Assembly (NCBI RefSeq): GCF_009914755.1
Contig: NC_060930.1
Origin: the human T2T-CHM13v2.0 reference genome, Homo sapiens
Length of the DNA stretch: 64,000 nt
Strand: one strand, 5' to 3'
The notes beneath the pieces were generated by a model that saw only the letters and a program-made list of their open reading frames with translations, was not told the origin of the DNA and did no database searches. The translations under genes and the position numbers were made by a program. Position 1 is the first letter of the stretch, and every line of letters begins with the position of its first letter. Below are positions 1 through 16,662 of this stretch, one piece after another.

Positions 1-739
1 AATCACAGAAGCTTTCATAGCTGTCTTCCACAGCAGATATAGGTAAACTGAGAGGTGTGATTTGCAATGAGAGAGACAAATGAGAGAAATGCATGGAGGG
101 AAATAGAGATGAGACGGCCTAACCTGAGTTCCTCCTGGCCTGAAGCCATTCATTCCATCAGTTCTAAAGGGTCACTTGCTTCCCTGCCTTCACACACCCT
201 TCCAATAAATTTGCTCATTTTTTCTGAAAATACTACGAGTTGGATTTTGCATATATAACTAAATGAATCTTAACAGACTGATAAGATATTAAAGCTTACA
301 GCATGCAAATCTGGCCACTGTAGCACTTAGAGACAAATAACTTCTTTGCAAAGCTTTTGTTGTGTCTGTGTTTCCTGCAGCATTCTTTACTCCTAATAAG
401 TCTGTGCATGCTCTAATGATGTGTGTACATGGGCTTTCCAGTTTACTTTTAGCTTGCTTGGACTTCTTGAAAAGTGTGATTCATTAGAATAATTGGAACA
501 CTTTGTGGGAACTTCTGTCAATGCACACTGTAAGAAGAGTTTGGCTAGGTTTAAAGCAGAGGATTCCAGATGGGGATCAAGTATTCAACTCTTAGGATGA
601 ATTTAAACAATCTCAGTGTGACAATCATCTCTTTGATCACATTAGACAACTAGTGTGTATAGTAGAAACAGTGTTTCAAAGCAACAACCAAAAGATTACT
701 CAGCTATTTAGAAATTTGGAAGTACTGTCCTTAAGTAAA

Positions 740-975
740 AATATGAATTCTAGATTAAACTCCCTTAAGTTTAAATCATGATTCCAACCCTTAGCAACTG
801 TGTGACTTTGGGCAAGTTATTTAAACTCACTGTGTCTCAGTGCAAACCTGTAAAAAAGGGAACAAAATTAGTGGAAACCTTGTAAGATGCTGTGAAGGTT
901 AAATGAAGTAGCACATATAAAATAAGTTGTCTGGCTTAGAGTCATAGCTCAATAAAGGTTAGCTATTATTTTTAT
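740..975 (+). mobile_element. MIR SINE
   Basis: Core ...ctgtgtgactttgggcaagttatttaa...ctcag and 3' end ctcaataaaggttagctattatt. Confidence 0.75.
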
Positions 976-1760
976 TATTATAGCTATTTATCCTTAGCCC
1001 AATTAAAAAACTCCTGTGTCTCAGTACCTAACTGAAATCAATATCCTGAAATTATGTATAATTCTAAAATCACATTCTTTTACTTATACATTTTTGCATG
1101 CTAGGTAGTATTACATTTTTAATTATGTGCAGACATTTTTATACATGGCAAAGACAGGTGATAGAAGAAAACAATTTTATTTCCTATGTTTTTGTAGTTT
1201 AAAGTTTAATGAAAGAGCTGGAGCAATCCTTAAAGAAGATGAAAAATAATAAACATCAAAAAAGCAATTAGAATATCTACCACATATCAGATTAATACCA
1301 AAAATAATAGTATATTTGAGGATCTAGCCTATTTTTCTTATACTAAATCTACAAATGTATGGATTACTGGTGAACACAGAGAAGAAATGTGTCTCAGGAA
1401 ATAAATTTTTGTTGAAACTAAAAGCGAGTAGAGGTATAAGTTAAAAGAGATGAACCAGATGGAGCTCTTTAGTAAAGGAGAAGAATCTTAATAGATCTGG
1501 AGTAGGAGGTAAAGATGTTCTGAGTGTCTTTCAACAAATAATGTTTGAGCTCTTATGATGTGCTATGCACTATATTAGTCACCGAATTTGCAAAGATAAA
1601 TAAAAATGTTTATTACTGACAGAAAACCCACTCTAGAGCAGTAGATACGTGAATAGCTACAATGAGAAATGAAGGACAATTCTTTGCAAATATTAAACTC
1701 ACATGTTTTCATGACCTTCCTAAATGTGTTTTCTTGCAGCCTTCTCCTAAGCTGAGCCAC

Positions 1761-1763
<3 letters not shown>

Positions 1764-1793
<30 letters not shown>
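1764..1793. repeat. Poly(T) tract, about 30 nt
   Basis: Direct observation. Confidence 0.9.
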
Positions 1794-2724
1794 CCCTACA
1801 AGAAGGAGAAGAAAGATACTGCTCAGAAAAGAGGTCACTAATTAGTCTTAAATATTAAAGCTGACTTTTGTGACCTGTTTGGGGAGTCAAAAACTCTAAA
1901 AGAAGTCACGAGAAAGGAAATAATTTTCTAAATTACTTTATCTTTCCTTAGAACATCAAGAGATAAGTAAAAGACTGGATTGAAGAGGTAGTGCCAGGGC
2001 TAGGGAATTCTCAGAATATAAGGAAAGAACATGGAAAACCAGCCACTACAGTCTTGAGTTTGGTGACAGGAGAGAAAGCTGTAATGTAGGAGATGAAGAC
2101 TCCTGGAAGAGTCCTAGCCTTTGATTTGCTGCCACACCCAAACGGACTCCCTTATGGCTGGATGAGGGAGCAGTAGAAGGAAGCCAGGTAGCCCTCTGGA
2201 CTCCCAAGGATGACGTTCAGAATTCAGGTGACCTAGAGTTTCTTAGGTCAATCAGTGGTGCCAATGAGCTTGGAGAGCAAGCAGAGGCCTGTGTTCAGAA
2301 AGAAGGGGTTAAGTATTCTGGGCTTTGAGCCTGAGTCAAATAACTGGGGTCACAGATTTTAATCATGCATCCATTATATCACCCTAAATGAATTTTCATT
2401 GCATATCCGAGGATATTCATGACCCCACTACACAGAAAGTTATAATGTAATTTGACAAGAAGAATGAATTGCTCTGAGTCTGAGCAGGGATGAGGGAGAG
2501 AGGATATACATGTAGTGCCTAATATGAGATTGATGAGAGGGCTTCTTTGTGGATGTGATGTTTAAGCCCAGCCCTAAAGGATAAGTAGGAATGACCTAAA
2601 TGAAGTTAGGAAAGTGGGATTGGACTTCCAGGACTCAGATACCATGCATGCAAATGTCTGGACAGGAACAAACACACAAACATGATTTGGGTGCTGTATT
2701 TCAAATGGTTGTAGCACGGACAGC

Positions 2725-3155
2725 AAGGCACCTCTTGGGTTCCCCAGGAAACAGACTCTAGGACAGAGATTTCAGTGGAGAAGGTTATCTGGAAGTTGTC
2801 CAAGGACAACATTCATCAGGGAGTAAAGAAGACAGGGTTGGACAGTGGGAGAAGTTGGCCTGGGATACAGTTACAATAGAGATCTCAGCAACCCTTATAG
2901 TGAGTTCTGGAGCTGGGATGGCCTTTTACATTTGTCCCAAACTGAGGTGAGCGGAAGTCCTTTTTATCCTCCACTTGCCTTGGATAAAAGTCCAGGATAG
3001 AGTAATAATGGGTGAGAGAGTTTCTTTTGGTTGATGGCACTTCTCAGAAAAGGGTTTCAGCTGTGAGCCATCAGCCACTAGCAACATCCGGTGGCTGGAG
3101 AAATGTAGGCCTGACTTGGATGGGAGTCTGGGTGGCACAGCACACCACTCACTAC
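2725..3155. mobile_element. ERVL-class solo LTR (LTR33-like)
   Basis: gggttccccaggaaacagactct...ggagctgggatggcc resembles a remembered ERVL LTR consensus; subfamily uncertain. Confidence 0.5.
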
Positions 3156-4017
3156 AACGTATGCATTTGCAGTAGATGAAGTCAGAGAAGGAAGCACATA
3201 ACAGGGAATAAAAGGCCTTATAAATCACAGTTACAGGTTTTGACATTTTTTTTAAAGCAAAGGGGAGTTCCTGAAGGGTTTTAAGAAGGAGATAAATCAA
3301 TATGATCGTGTTTGTACTTTTAAAAGATCACTATCGCTGCTGTGTCGATAATTGATTGTAGGGAAAGTAGGGAGACCTGGTAAAAGTTGTTGCAATCATC
3401 AAAAAGAGACATAATGAGAGTATGAATTTAAGTGAAGGTGGCAATGAAGAAAGGTAGGCTAATTAAGGAGACATAGAAAAAGCAGAATAATGGTATCCAC
3501 TTATCAGTGGTATTTTATTGGATGTGGATTGATAAGAAAGATGGATAAAAATCACAGATTCTGAACCGGGAATCTGAAATAGGAAACTCGGCCAAATACA
3601 ATGCTATGTAGTTTTTGTTTCCTATTCTTTCTTTCTGGCACATGGAAAACTATACTTGGCAACACCATGGCAGTTGGGAGAAACCACTCAGTGGAAGTGG
3701 AAGTGACACGTGTTACTTCTGGGATGAAGTGATGGAAATTCCTATACCATTCTTCAGTCCTTTTCTTCTTTGGCAAGAAGCAGGGAGACCGTATGTTCAG
3801 ATTGTAGAGTCACAGAATCAAAATGGCTGGGAACCCTGAGTAACCCCCTGGAGCACAGCTGCTTTGAATTGTTGCTCAGTCAAGAGAAGACCTTGTATGA
3901 GCTAGAAATAAAATTTATATACTATGCTTTTGAGATTTTGGAGTTACTTGTTCTCGCAGAATAAGGTTAGCCTATTCCAAGAAATACTGAAACATAGAAG
4001 GAATTTGTATGCATGTC

Positions 4018-4055
4018 GTGTGTGTGTGTGTGTGTGTGTGTGTGTCTGTGTGTGT
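4018..4055. repeat. (TG)n microsatellite
   Basis: Direct observation. Confidence 0.9.
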
Positions 4056-6861
4056 TTGGGGACAAAAAAGAAGGGGAGTGGAAAGGGCAAAATGTGAATT
4101 CAGTTTTAGAAATGTTGAATTTAAGATAACTGAAAAATATTTAAGTGGACGTGTCCAGTATGCAGTTAAAAATATGGGTGAAGAATTCTAAGCACAATCT
4201 AGACTAGAGACAAAATTTTTTAGAAATATCATAATCCATAAGTGAAGCCATGTGAGGGATGATTCTAAACACTCAGATGTAAAATGATCTGGGAATTTTT
4301 TCTTTTTAAGAAAGCAATGGAATTCCAGCAAGCTTTGCCCTTTGCTTTAAAAATTGCATTTACTATGCAAGTGAACCTAAATATCACCATACATTATAAA
4401 GCCACTTTCTTTTCCCCCCCCACCTCCTGAGATTGTGAGGCATCAGGGTTCCCTGCTTGAAAAGTAGAGGAGCCAACTTCAACCTCATAGAAGAGCAGAG
4501 AAGCCAAACAAGTAGTAAAAATCTGCACCTAGCTTCTGTCTCCCTTGAAGTGATCTCTCAAACTCAAATTAAGAGTTGTTTTCAAAAGTTAATCTAAAGG
4601 GGCTTTTTGGTTACACAAATGTAAAATAAACTAGTACACTATTGTACAAATCTGAATGTTGTTACTTTAGAAACAGAAGATGTAAAAGGTATTCGGTAAT
4701 GGAAATTTTATATGATTGAACCAGACTTCATATTCTGCAGATTCTGTTGTTTTGGGGGGATAAAAATATGACAGAATCTAAAATGAATTCAGCTTGCATT
4801 GTGCTTGAGCTGTTGCCTATTCCTGTTCAGATAAATGTGTGTGTTACTGCTTAACAGTTAGTTGTTAGATGCCTAAACTAAGACTCTGAGTTCAGCAGCA
4901 CGAGTTTTGCACCGTGGTGCAAGAGATGCAGAAACAAGGAAGTACGTTGTGTTTGGCTCAACCTAATTTAGTGGTCTAAACTGTGGATGTCCTTCATACA
5001 AATAACCTAAATGTGAGAAAATATACTCAACCAGTATACTTATTATCATTTCACCCATAAACTGAGTCAAAAAAAGATAAATAACCTCTAAAAAGAGTAC
5101 ATCAAAAGATAAGGCTAATGCCAGAACCCACATTCAATTTTCGGATTCAAAATCCCAAACTCTCTCTTCTTGACCACACTGTTTTAAATGAGATCATTTC
5201 AGACATGTTATTTATATCTCTCTGTAATGTAAGGAATACACATCTCCACCGCCCCCCCATCCCTATTTTTTTTGGTCCTTGGAGCTCTGAAACGTTTTAG
5301 AAAATGTATTAGTCTTCATTCTCACTTTATTTGCTTGTGAGAGTGGAAACACTTCTCCTTTCTCTCTTCTGGTGTTCACTAGAGCAGCTGCTCAAAATGA
5401 GTCAGCTTTTCCAGTCAGCTATGGTTCCTGCCTCATGGAGGGTAGGAAAGGACATACCATCTCTGTAATAACATGCCCAAAGTTGCCTGCTTCTGGTGAG
5501 AAACAAGGAGCCCTGTCCTTGTCTGGACCATCATGCTTTCCTCAATCCAGGTGCATCCGTCTCATGTAGTGTGTTTCATCTCATTTTCCTCATTCTGTTC
5601 TGATTGAACATCAACATTTTTGAATGGGTTGTTATCATCATCTCTGTGAGCAAATGGGATGTGAATACCCTGAGGATTCCTACTCATGAATACAAATGAT
5701 TTTTTTTATTCTACAAAAGGAAGAAATATGATTGCTGAATATTAATAGCCCTCTGAGAATTAGAATTTAAGATTACACAAGATCTGTTTAATGCTCTTAT
5801 TATCCAAAGGTGAATGATCGGAAAGGGAGGGGCAAATCCAGGAAATAATTTGGAGAGGAAACTAATATATATTGAGTGCCTATTATGTATCTGGTATGGA
5901 AGCTTTTCAATTTATGTATTTTCAATTTATGAAGTCTCACTATTTGAGTAAAATTAGATGACAATTAAAAGTGCTCACCACCAATAAATGGGTTACTAAT
6001 AATGTTAGGTTATTTTAGTCATTGTGGTTTCTTGAGTCATAGGAAGCTGCTCTCCATGTGTTACTTTCAGGGTACTTAAGGTAATTTAATGCAAACGACC
6101 TTAAAACTGACACATGGAGAGCAGCTTCCTATGACTCAAGAAACACCTCCTACGACTCCGTGCTTGATAAGTACAAAATAAGTGCCAGGAAGAAAAGGCA
6201 TGGTGGGATGGAAAATAGTGATAATTTTTATAAGTTAAAAGTGATGAGGAAATGAATAGCTGTTGTACAAGTGTATGGGATAACTCATTTTTCAATAAGA
6301 ATAAATCCAAATGACATATCACAAATCATGACATTATACAGGAAGGCCCTGTGTCTGTACTATTGAAATTAATAGGGAAGAGATGAGGAAAAAGAGACTG
6401 GAAAAATGAAATTTTTGAGTAACTGCAATAGTTGTTTTTCAACTTATTTCATCTTGTTCTATACAAATGAAATCATAGATTCTTAAGATGAGATATAGAG
6501 AAGAGCTTAATTTTTATTTTTTATAATTTTTACTTCCAGGTGATTCTAATCTTCAGCCAGCATGAAAAACACTGGATTAGGAGTGCTGGAGTGAGATTAT
6601 GAGTTTGCAAATGAAAGGGTTTTTAAGCATTGAGAGTGTGCTGATGATATAAATATGGGATGATTCCCCCAAGTTAGTGATGATTCCATAGGCTGAAAGC
6701 CCCTTCAAATTCTCGCATTAAAACAAGTGACAAGGCAATAGATGCTGTTGTCACATGCCATGAGTTCCCTTTCACTTGTGTAGAGATCATTGAGAAAGTG
6801 TCTGATCTTATTTACACATTTGTTCTTTATTCTGTTAATGTGGTGAATTACATTGATTTTC

Positions 6862-9800
6862 TTTTTTTTTAACGTTCATTTTAGTTTCAGGGGGTACATG
6901 TACAGATTTGTTGTATAGGTAAATTGCATGTAACTGGGGTTTAGTGTACAGATTATTTCATTACCCAGGTGATAAACATAGTCCCTGATGGGTAGTTTTT
7001 TGATCTTCATCCTCCTCCCTTCTTTCACCCTCAAGCAGGCCCTGGTATCTGTTGTTCCCTACTTTGTGTCCTATGCACTCAACGTTTAGCTCCCACTTGT
7101 AAGTGAGAACATGTGGTATTTGGTTTTCTGTTCCTATGTTTTTTTGAATTTGCTGAGGATTATTTTATGTACAATTGTGTGGTCAATTTTAGAGTATCTG
7201 CAATGTGCACATGAGAAGAATGTACATTCTGTTGTTTTGGGGTGTAGAGTTCTGCAGACATCTATTAGGTCTATTTGGTCAAGTGTCAAGTTCAAGTTAT
7301 GGATATCTGTTAAGTTTTCTGCCTCAATCATCTACCTAATACAGTCAGTGGAGTATTAAAGTCTTCCCACTGTCATTGTGTACTTATCTAAGTCTCTTCA
7401 TAGGTCTCTAAGAACTTGTGTTATGAATGTGAGTGCTCCTGTGTTAGGTGTATACATATTTATGATAGTTAGGTCTTCTTATTGAATGGAGCCCTTTACC
7501 ATTATGTAATGCCCTTCCTTATGTTTTTTGATTTTTGTTGGTTTAAAGTCTGTTCTGTCTGAAATTAAAGTAACAATCTCTGCTGTTTTTCTGTTCTCCA
7601 TTTGCTTGGTAGATTTTTCTCCATCCCTTCACTTTCAGCCTATGGGTGTCAGTGTATATGAGAGAGACTGTTGAAGACAGCATACCCATGGGTCTTGTTT
7701 CTCTATTCATCTTGCCACTCTGTGATTTTTAATTGGGGCATTTAGCCCATTTACATTGAAGGTTAGTGTTAATATATGTGGATTTGATCCTATTATGTCG
7801 TTAGTTGGTTATTATGCAGATTTGTATGGGAGGTTGCTTTATAGTGTCACTGGTCTCTGCATTTCAGTGTATTTTTGTAGTGGCTGGTAATAGTCTTTCC
7901 TTTCTATGTTTAGCACTCCCTTCAAGACTTCTTGTAAGGTAGGTATGGAGGTAACAAATTTCCTTAGCATTTGCTTGTCTGAAATATTTCTGCTTTGTTT
8001 ATGAAGCTTTGTTTGCCTGGATATGACATTATTTGTTGGGACTTCTTTTCTTTAAGAATGCTGAATATAGGCCCACAATCTCTTCTGGCTTTTAGGTTAC
8101 TACTGAAAGGTCCACTGTTAGCCTGATGGGGTTCCTTTTGTAGGTGACCTGCCCCTTCTACCTGGGTGCCTTTTTTCTCTCATTTAAACTTTGAAGAATC
8201 TGATGACTATGTGTCTTGAAGATGGTCTTCTTATGTAGTATTGCACAGGGGTTCTCTGCATTTCCTGAATTTGAATGTTGGCCTGTCTAGCAAGGTTGGG
8301 GAAATTTTCATGAATGAAATCTTGAAATATGTTTTCCAAGCTGTCTAGTTTATCTCCCTGTCTTTCAGGGATGCCAATGAGTCATAGATTTGGTCTCTTT
8401 ACATAGTCCCATATTTCTGGGAGGTTTTGTTCTTCTTTATTGTTTTTTCATTATTTTTATCTGACAGTTATTTTGGAGAATTGGCCTTCAAGTGCTGAGA
8501 TTCCTTCCTCAGCTTGGTTGATTCTACTGTTAATACTCACAATTATATTCTGAAATTCTTGAAGTGAGTTTTTCAGCTCTATCAGATCAGTTTGGTTCTT
8601 TTTTAAAATGGCCACATCATCTTTCAGCTCCTATATCATTTTATTATATTGGTTAGAATCCTTGGATTGTGTTTTGACTTTCTCTTGAATCTTGAGCTTC
8701 CTTCTTACCCACATTCTGAATTCTATTTCTGTCATTTCAATGATTTTGGCCTGGTTAAGAACCATTGTTAGGGAATTAGTTCTGGGGAACTTGTTTTGAG
8801 ATAAGAAGACATTTTGGCATTTTAAATTTCCAGAGTTCTTGTGATGCTTTTTTCTCATCTTTGTGGGCTGATATTCTTTCAGCCTTTGAAGTTGCCATCC
8901 TTTGGGTGGATTTATCAATGTTTTTATCTTATTTGATTTCCTTGGGGGTTTGCTTGTGGTATTAAGTGGGTTCAGTCAAGTGGCTTCATTTTTAGAAGAT
9001 GTTAGGGAGAAAAGGTCCAGATCAGCACTCCTGGACTGCATACCCTAACTCTGGGGGACTTGTATTGGGCCCTTGGCTTTGTTCTCAAGTTCCCTTGAGT
9101 TTAGGAACCTGCTGTGCTAGAGGGGCCAAAGTGTTCCTCGACCATTGGCCACAACCCTCTGATGTGTAGTGCCAGCTGAAGTGCTTCATTGTGTGGTAGC
9201 AATAGGATCCATGCTCTTTCACACGTGCCAGCAGCAGCAGCAGCAGCAGCGTGGTGGGCTGCTCACTCACCTGCTAGGGCAGAGCCTAGCTGGTTCAGCG
9301 GGCGCCATCCTCCATGCTGGTATTCACAGAGGCATTGGTGTCAGCATAGGAAGGCAGGGCTGCTGGCATCCATGTGTGCATTTGCACCCGCAGCAGTGTC
9401 AGTGCAAAACATGGGTCATTGGTGGCCTCCATGCATGCATTCACCCCAATGGTGGTGGTGGTGGTGCAGAGTTGAGGGGCTGGGCTGTTGCTGTCCATTT
9501 GCATGTCTGCACCGGCAGCAATGGTGGTACAGGGTGGCGACGGGCCTCTGGTCTCCGTGTGTGTGCATGCATTCATGCTGGTAATGGCAGCAAGGCTGGG
9601 AGAGAACAAGGTGTGCTCATGGTGGCAGTAGTGGCATTGCAAGGTGAACATGCCCATGCACCCATGTAGGGAAGGGGAGGGGAGATCCTCCCATGCCCAT
9701 GTGTGCTGACAAATTGCTGTGGGGGTGACTGTGGGCGAGTGTGTGCTGGCAAAGCAGCACAGGGGAGGCTTCAGTTGGGGGAGGCTGCCAGTGGGCTGGT

Positions 9801-10510
9801 GCACATAGGTGGGGGCCATTCGGCTGGAGCTCTTCAGTGGTCAGGTATGGTCTGCCAGCACAGGAGCTATGATGTGGTGGGGCTCTGGGAGGCACCCTGA
9901 TTGGGTATTTGAGGCTGCACTGCAAGTAGGCTCAGCCAGGCTAGGACCCCAGGAGGGGCCAGCAGACAGTGGAGCCTCAGGTTGGACTGGCTGCCATCTC
10001 ATGGGCAAGATCACCCTGCTCTGTTAAGGTCCAACAGTTCCACTAAGACTGAATTCTGCATGGTGAGCCTTGGGGGAAGGACATCCCTGGACATTCTCCC
10101 TGCAGATGTTCCCACACCAAACATTCTGGGCTTTGCACAGGCTGGAGTCCTGCCCCTACCACCATTCTAAGCAGGTCTATCTGGCAGCTCAAGTGTCTAT
10201 GGAGGGTGTGGGGGTCTCTTGCTGCCAGGATTCCAGAAGTCTGTGGTGAGAGTGGGTCCTTCCTTGCCTTTCCAACTCATTCCTTCTGCAGGAGTCACTA
10301 GAGGCCAGGAATGAGTCCCAGAGCATGGTAGCCCCATGCAGCATTCCCAGTTCTCTCCCTTTTAAACTCAGTGTCTGTGTTCACCCCCCATCCATTCTCA
10401 AGGCCTTCCCTCCAAAGATCTGCTCAGAGTGCACCAGTCTCCCCGATGTCCCCATCCCTCAGTGGCAGATGTTCCTCCTGGCTGCATGTAGTCAGCCATT
10501 TTGCCTGGCA
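6862..10510 (-). mobile_element. Old primate L1 (L1PA13-16-like): 5'UTR, ORF1, EN start and 3'UTR, with most of ORF2 deleted
   Basis: T-tail and 3'UTR at 6862-7140; EN peptide (ORF 7134..7331 -, DQIDLIDVCRTLHPKTTECTFFS); ORF1 remnant (8631..8918 -); GC-rich 5'UTR ending ...gtagtcagccattttgcc near 10505. Confidence 0.85.
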
Positions 10511-10989
10511 CACATTTTTATGTAGATAAAATAGTCATGTTTTGCAAAAGATTCCTAATTCCTAATTGAACATGTATCAGCAAAGAGGAGAAGCTTATGT
10601 TTGGTTTTAAGTCCTTTTAGGGTAAATGCATCTGGAGGTCACATGCCAAAACATGCCAAAAACCTTCCAAGTCCCTTCAGACTTTGAAACTCATCAATTT
10701 AAAATCAAACTTTGGGAAAATATTTCTTTGCAAGTAAAGGAGCTTCTGCATGATTCCAGTACTTTCTCATCCATTATGTTATTTAATCCTCAAAGCAACT
10801 CTCTAAGTTTGGTATTATACTTCCAATTTTGATATTTGAGTTAACCAAGCTTATATGAAAATAACTAATTTGACCACTGTCACACGGCTAGGAAGGGATT
10901 TCAGTCTGATTTGATTTGAATCCAAAGCTAAGAATCATTCCATTATACCACGATGTCGCTCATAAAACAAATACATGAGAGATATTTTC

Positions 10990-13340
<2,351 letters not shown>

Positions 13341-14499
13341 TAAAAACTAAACTTCCAATAGAGCCCATAAAGTTCTAAATTTAAAGCAAAACTCTTTGCT
13401 GAAGACTTACAATGGCATTTAGACTATTCAACTATCTTACTGACAGAGTCATGCTTCAGTCCTGGCTGATGATGGGTAATGTCATTCATTTCCATGGCTT
13501 TTACTATCAGCTATGTGTTGATGGCTTCCAAATCTATACAATAGCAATGACGGAAGTCAGTTTTTCATTAGACATATCCATCTGAGTAACCCACTAAAAT
13601 ATCAAACTTAATAGGTTTCAAACTGAGCTCATCTGTGCCTTAAACTGCTTCTCCTAAGCTAATGTTACTATGTAGTCATTCAAGAAAGGAAAATGAAACT
13701 CACCCTAGGCAACCCTTATTCCTTTATCCCCGTAGCCAATTTGACATTATGGAAGTATGACCCACTTAATACGTTTCTTATTTAACTTTCTATTCCAGAA
13801 CCACTTCTCAAGGACAAGTTATCATCATCTTTTGCCTAGACTATTGCATAGTTTCCTGACTCATCTCCCAGCCTCCGATCTCACTATCATCCCATGTGTT
13901 TTTTATTCTGGTAACATAATGATTTATTGAAAAATGCCATTCTGACCATATCCCTATCTTGTTAGGAATTTGAAATAACTTTCTAGTTCAAGGATTCTTT
14001 GGTTGCAAAAAGCAGACACAAACTCTGGTCAATTTAAACCAAAGGAAAAAAAGGAACTTGTCAGAAGAATACTAGTGTTCATAGAAATTAAGGAAAAGTT
14101 GAATGATCAAGGATCTTGATCTATAACTCATGATCAATTTTGGAAGTGTTGGTGTCTGAATGACTCAGCTCCTGCTTTATACACTAGTCACTCCACTGAA
14201 GATTCAAATTGTCAGGAAAGAGTGACTGGCTTAGCTTATGTCATGTGCAGACACTTCTGGGGAGTGATAAAGGTAAAGACTCATTACTGATGGTCTCACC
14301 AGGACTTTGGCAAAGTGGGAGATGAACAGATCCCCAAAGAAAGCCATGTGCTGTTACTTAAAGAAAAAGGAACTGTTGGGAGAGCAAAAACAAATGACCC
14401 ACATTTTTTTCCATTTTTAGAGTGAAGTCTATAATTTATACTATATCCTTGTCATTCAAGACCCAAAATGATCTGGCCCCTCTCAGCTTTTCAAATATG

Positions 14500-14865
14500 C
14501 TATATGTTATATTCTGTTTCTTGTCTAGAAATTCTGTCTACTTTACATGGCAAATATCCTACTTACTCTTTAAGATTCAACTAAAATGTCATTTCTTTAG
14601 TGTTGTCTTCCCTAGTGCTACCAGGAAGCACTGACTACTCTTTTCTTTGTGCCCTTTTTTGCCCTCTACATATGCCAGTAATAACACTTATCAAGGCTCA
14701 ATGCAATGATTTTTTTAATAAGTTGGCATCTCTGGCCATACTGGCTTGGTCTTTAAGAATTAGAATCAAGTTTCATTAATCAGTATATTCCCAGAATATA
14801 GCATAGGGCCTGAAATACATGTGGAGTTCAACACATGCTTTTTGAATAAAAGAATGAGTAAGTAA
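14500..14865 (+). mobile_element. L2 3' fragment
   Basis: Ends ...catagggcctgaaatacatgtggagttcaacacatgctttttgaataaaagaatgag, a typical L2 3' end. Confidence 0.55.
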
Positions 14866-16600
14866 AATAAACTTCTTTCCTGAAAACATTATACTACTAG
14901 AAGCATGTTAAGAGAATGAGATAGCAGGCTTATTTCTTATTTTCAAGTGCCTCTTGTGAAATAAAGCACTAATTAAAAATTTTTATTAGCTCTAGAAGTA
15001 ATGTTTTTGTATTTCCCGTAATGTTTCTTGTTTAAGCACATTAAAGTTAGACTTTTGATGTGAAAATAAATATTCTTACTTATATGCACAGATTTTTTTC
15101 TCACAACTTTTTCTGTTAGCTTTTTCTACATTGTAGTCTATTGCTAGTCTCTTTGCCTTCCTGCATTTTCCTTCATTTTTTAGTTTTCGGTTTCTTTGGG
15201 GTTTTGTCATTAGCAAGTTTGAATGGCTCCTCCTCAGTCTACATGGAGGCAAAGAATTGGCCACATAATCTCTGTGGGAGGCCCTTGAACCAGAGTGGAG
15301 ATTGATCAGGTGGGCGGTGAAATGAGGTTTTTGTCAAGGCCTCTATTTCTCTTCCTTCCAGCCTTAAACAGATGCATCATCTCGGCCCATTAGAAGTTTT
15401 CTTTGGTGCTTGATGGTCTAATCCAAATGTCCTCTCCAGGCTGTCTTAATTTGCAAATGCACACTACACAAATCACCATACTGTGCCGTTCTGTGTTGGG
15501 AAATAAAAAGTGGAAAAAGAGGTTGAAATTGCTATTGCAAAAAAAAAGTGAAAAACAAGACGAAAAGTAGAACCCAAAGTACCTGTTTAGTTATAATGAG
15601 AGGTTAGAAGGCTTTGAGCAAAATTGCAAGAAGCCTGGACCTAGGCCCAGCATCCTGAACTGTTGTCAATTGGGAGCTATTGCAAGATCCTATTTTCCAT
15701 TTCATGAGTCTGTTAAGTTCTTCATTTTATTTTCAATTTTCTCAGCAATGTATAATTAGAGACCAAATGTGCATTAACTAGTAAACTTCCAGAGAAGAGT
15801 GGAGTTTCACTTGAGTGTATAACACACAACCAATCAGTGAAAAACTCCACAATCTTTCCCTAGATCTTAGCTTTGGCCCCTACTCCCCTTCCCATACTCC
15901 CTCTACCTGAGTAATACCTGGATTTGAAAAGGTTCTGCAAAATTTATTCATGTCATGGGCTAAGACCAGACTTCAGACAAGAGGCCAGGGTAAATTTGTA
16001 GACAGAAACAAAGGCAGGAGGGGGCAGGGAAATGCTCACTGAACTTGCTGTCAAACACTCCATTATTGGTTGTTTCACACTGCTTAGTCACTTGAGCCAG
16101 CCCTTCATCTGTAAAACCTAAAATAGGAATAGTATTCATACTGTTTGCCATCACAGACTGTTGCAACAATCACATGAGATTATATCCACACACTAATATA
16201 TAATGTGTATTGTGTACAATATGGGCATTTATATGTCTATATACAGATGTATATTGTAACTGTAATGTGTATAATCTTCCAGTCTCCCACAGCAGCTTAA
16301 TTCAAAGATAAATGCATCCTATAGTCAGAGACTGTTTCTATGTCTTATTAAAATTATTTATTCTAAAATTTGAATTAACTCAATTGAATAGAAATAAGAA
16401 GGTAGCTTCAAATAATTAAAAGCCTTGACCTTCATAAGTGAGTTAATATTACTTAAGCTATCTTACCAAAGAACACTTGCTACCAAATAAAATTTTTGCA
16501 CACCCCATAATTTAAAGTAATAAATTTCTAGTGATGGAAATTAAGCCAATCCAATAAATTGTTTTTAGCAAGGCTATCTTCCTGTTCTCTCTGTCTCTTT

Positions 16601-16604
16601 GTCT

Positions 16605-16661
<57 letters not shown>
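16601..16661. repeat. (CT)n(CA)n compound microsatellite
   Basis: Direct observation. Confidence 0.9.

Positions 16662-16662
<1 letters not shown>

Noticed and set aside
9085-10525. Cluster of overlapping 100-174 aa ORFs in GC-rich sequence
   Set aside because: They lie inside an old L1 5'UTR; no coherent protein signal or splice structure.
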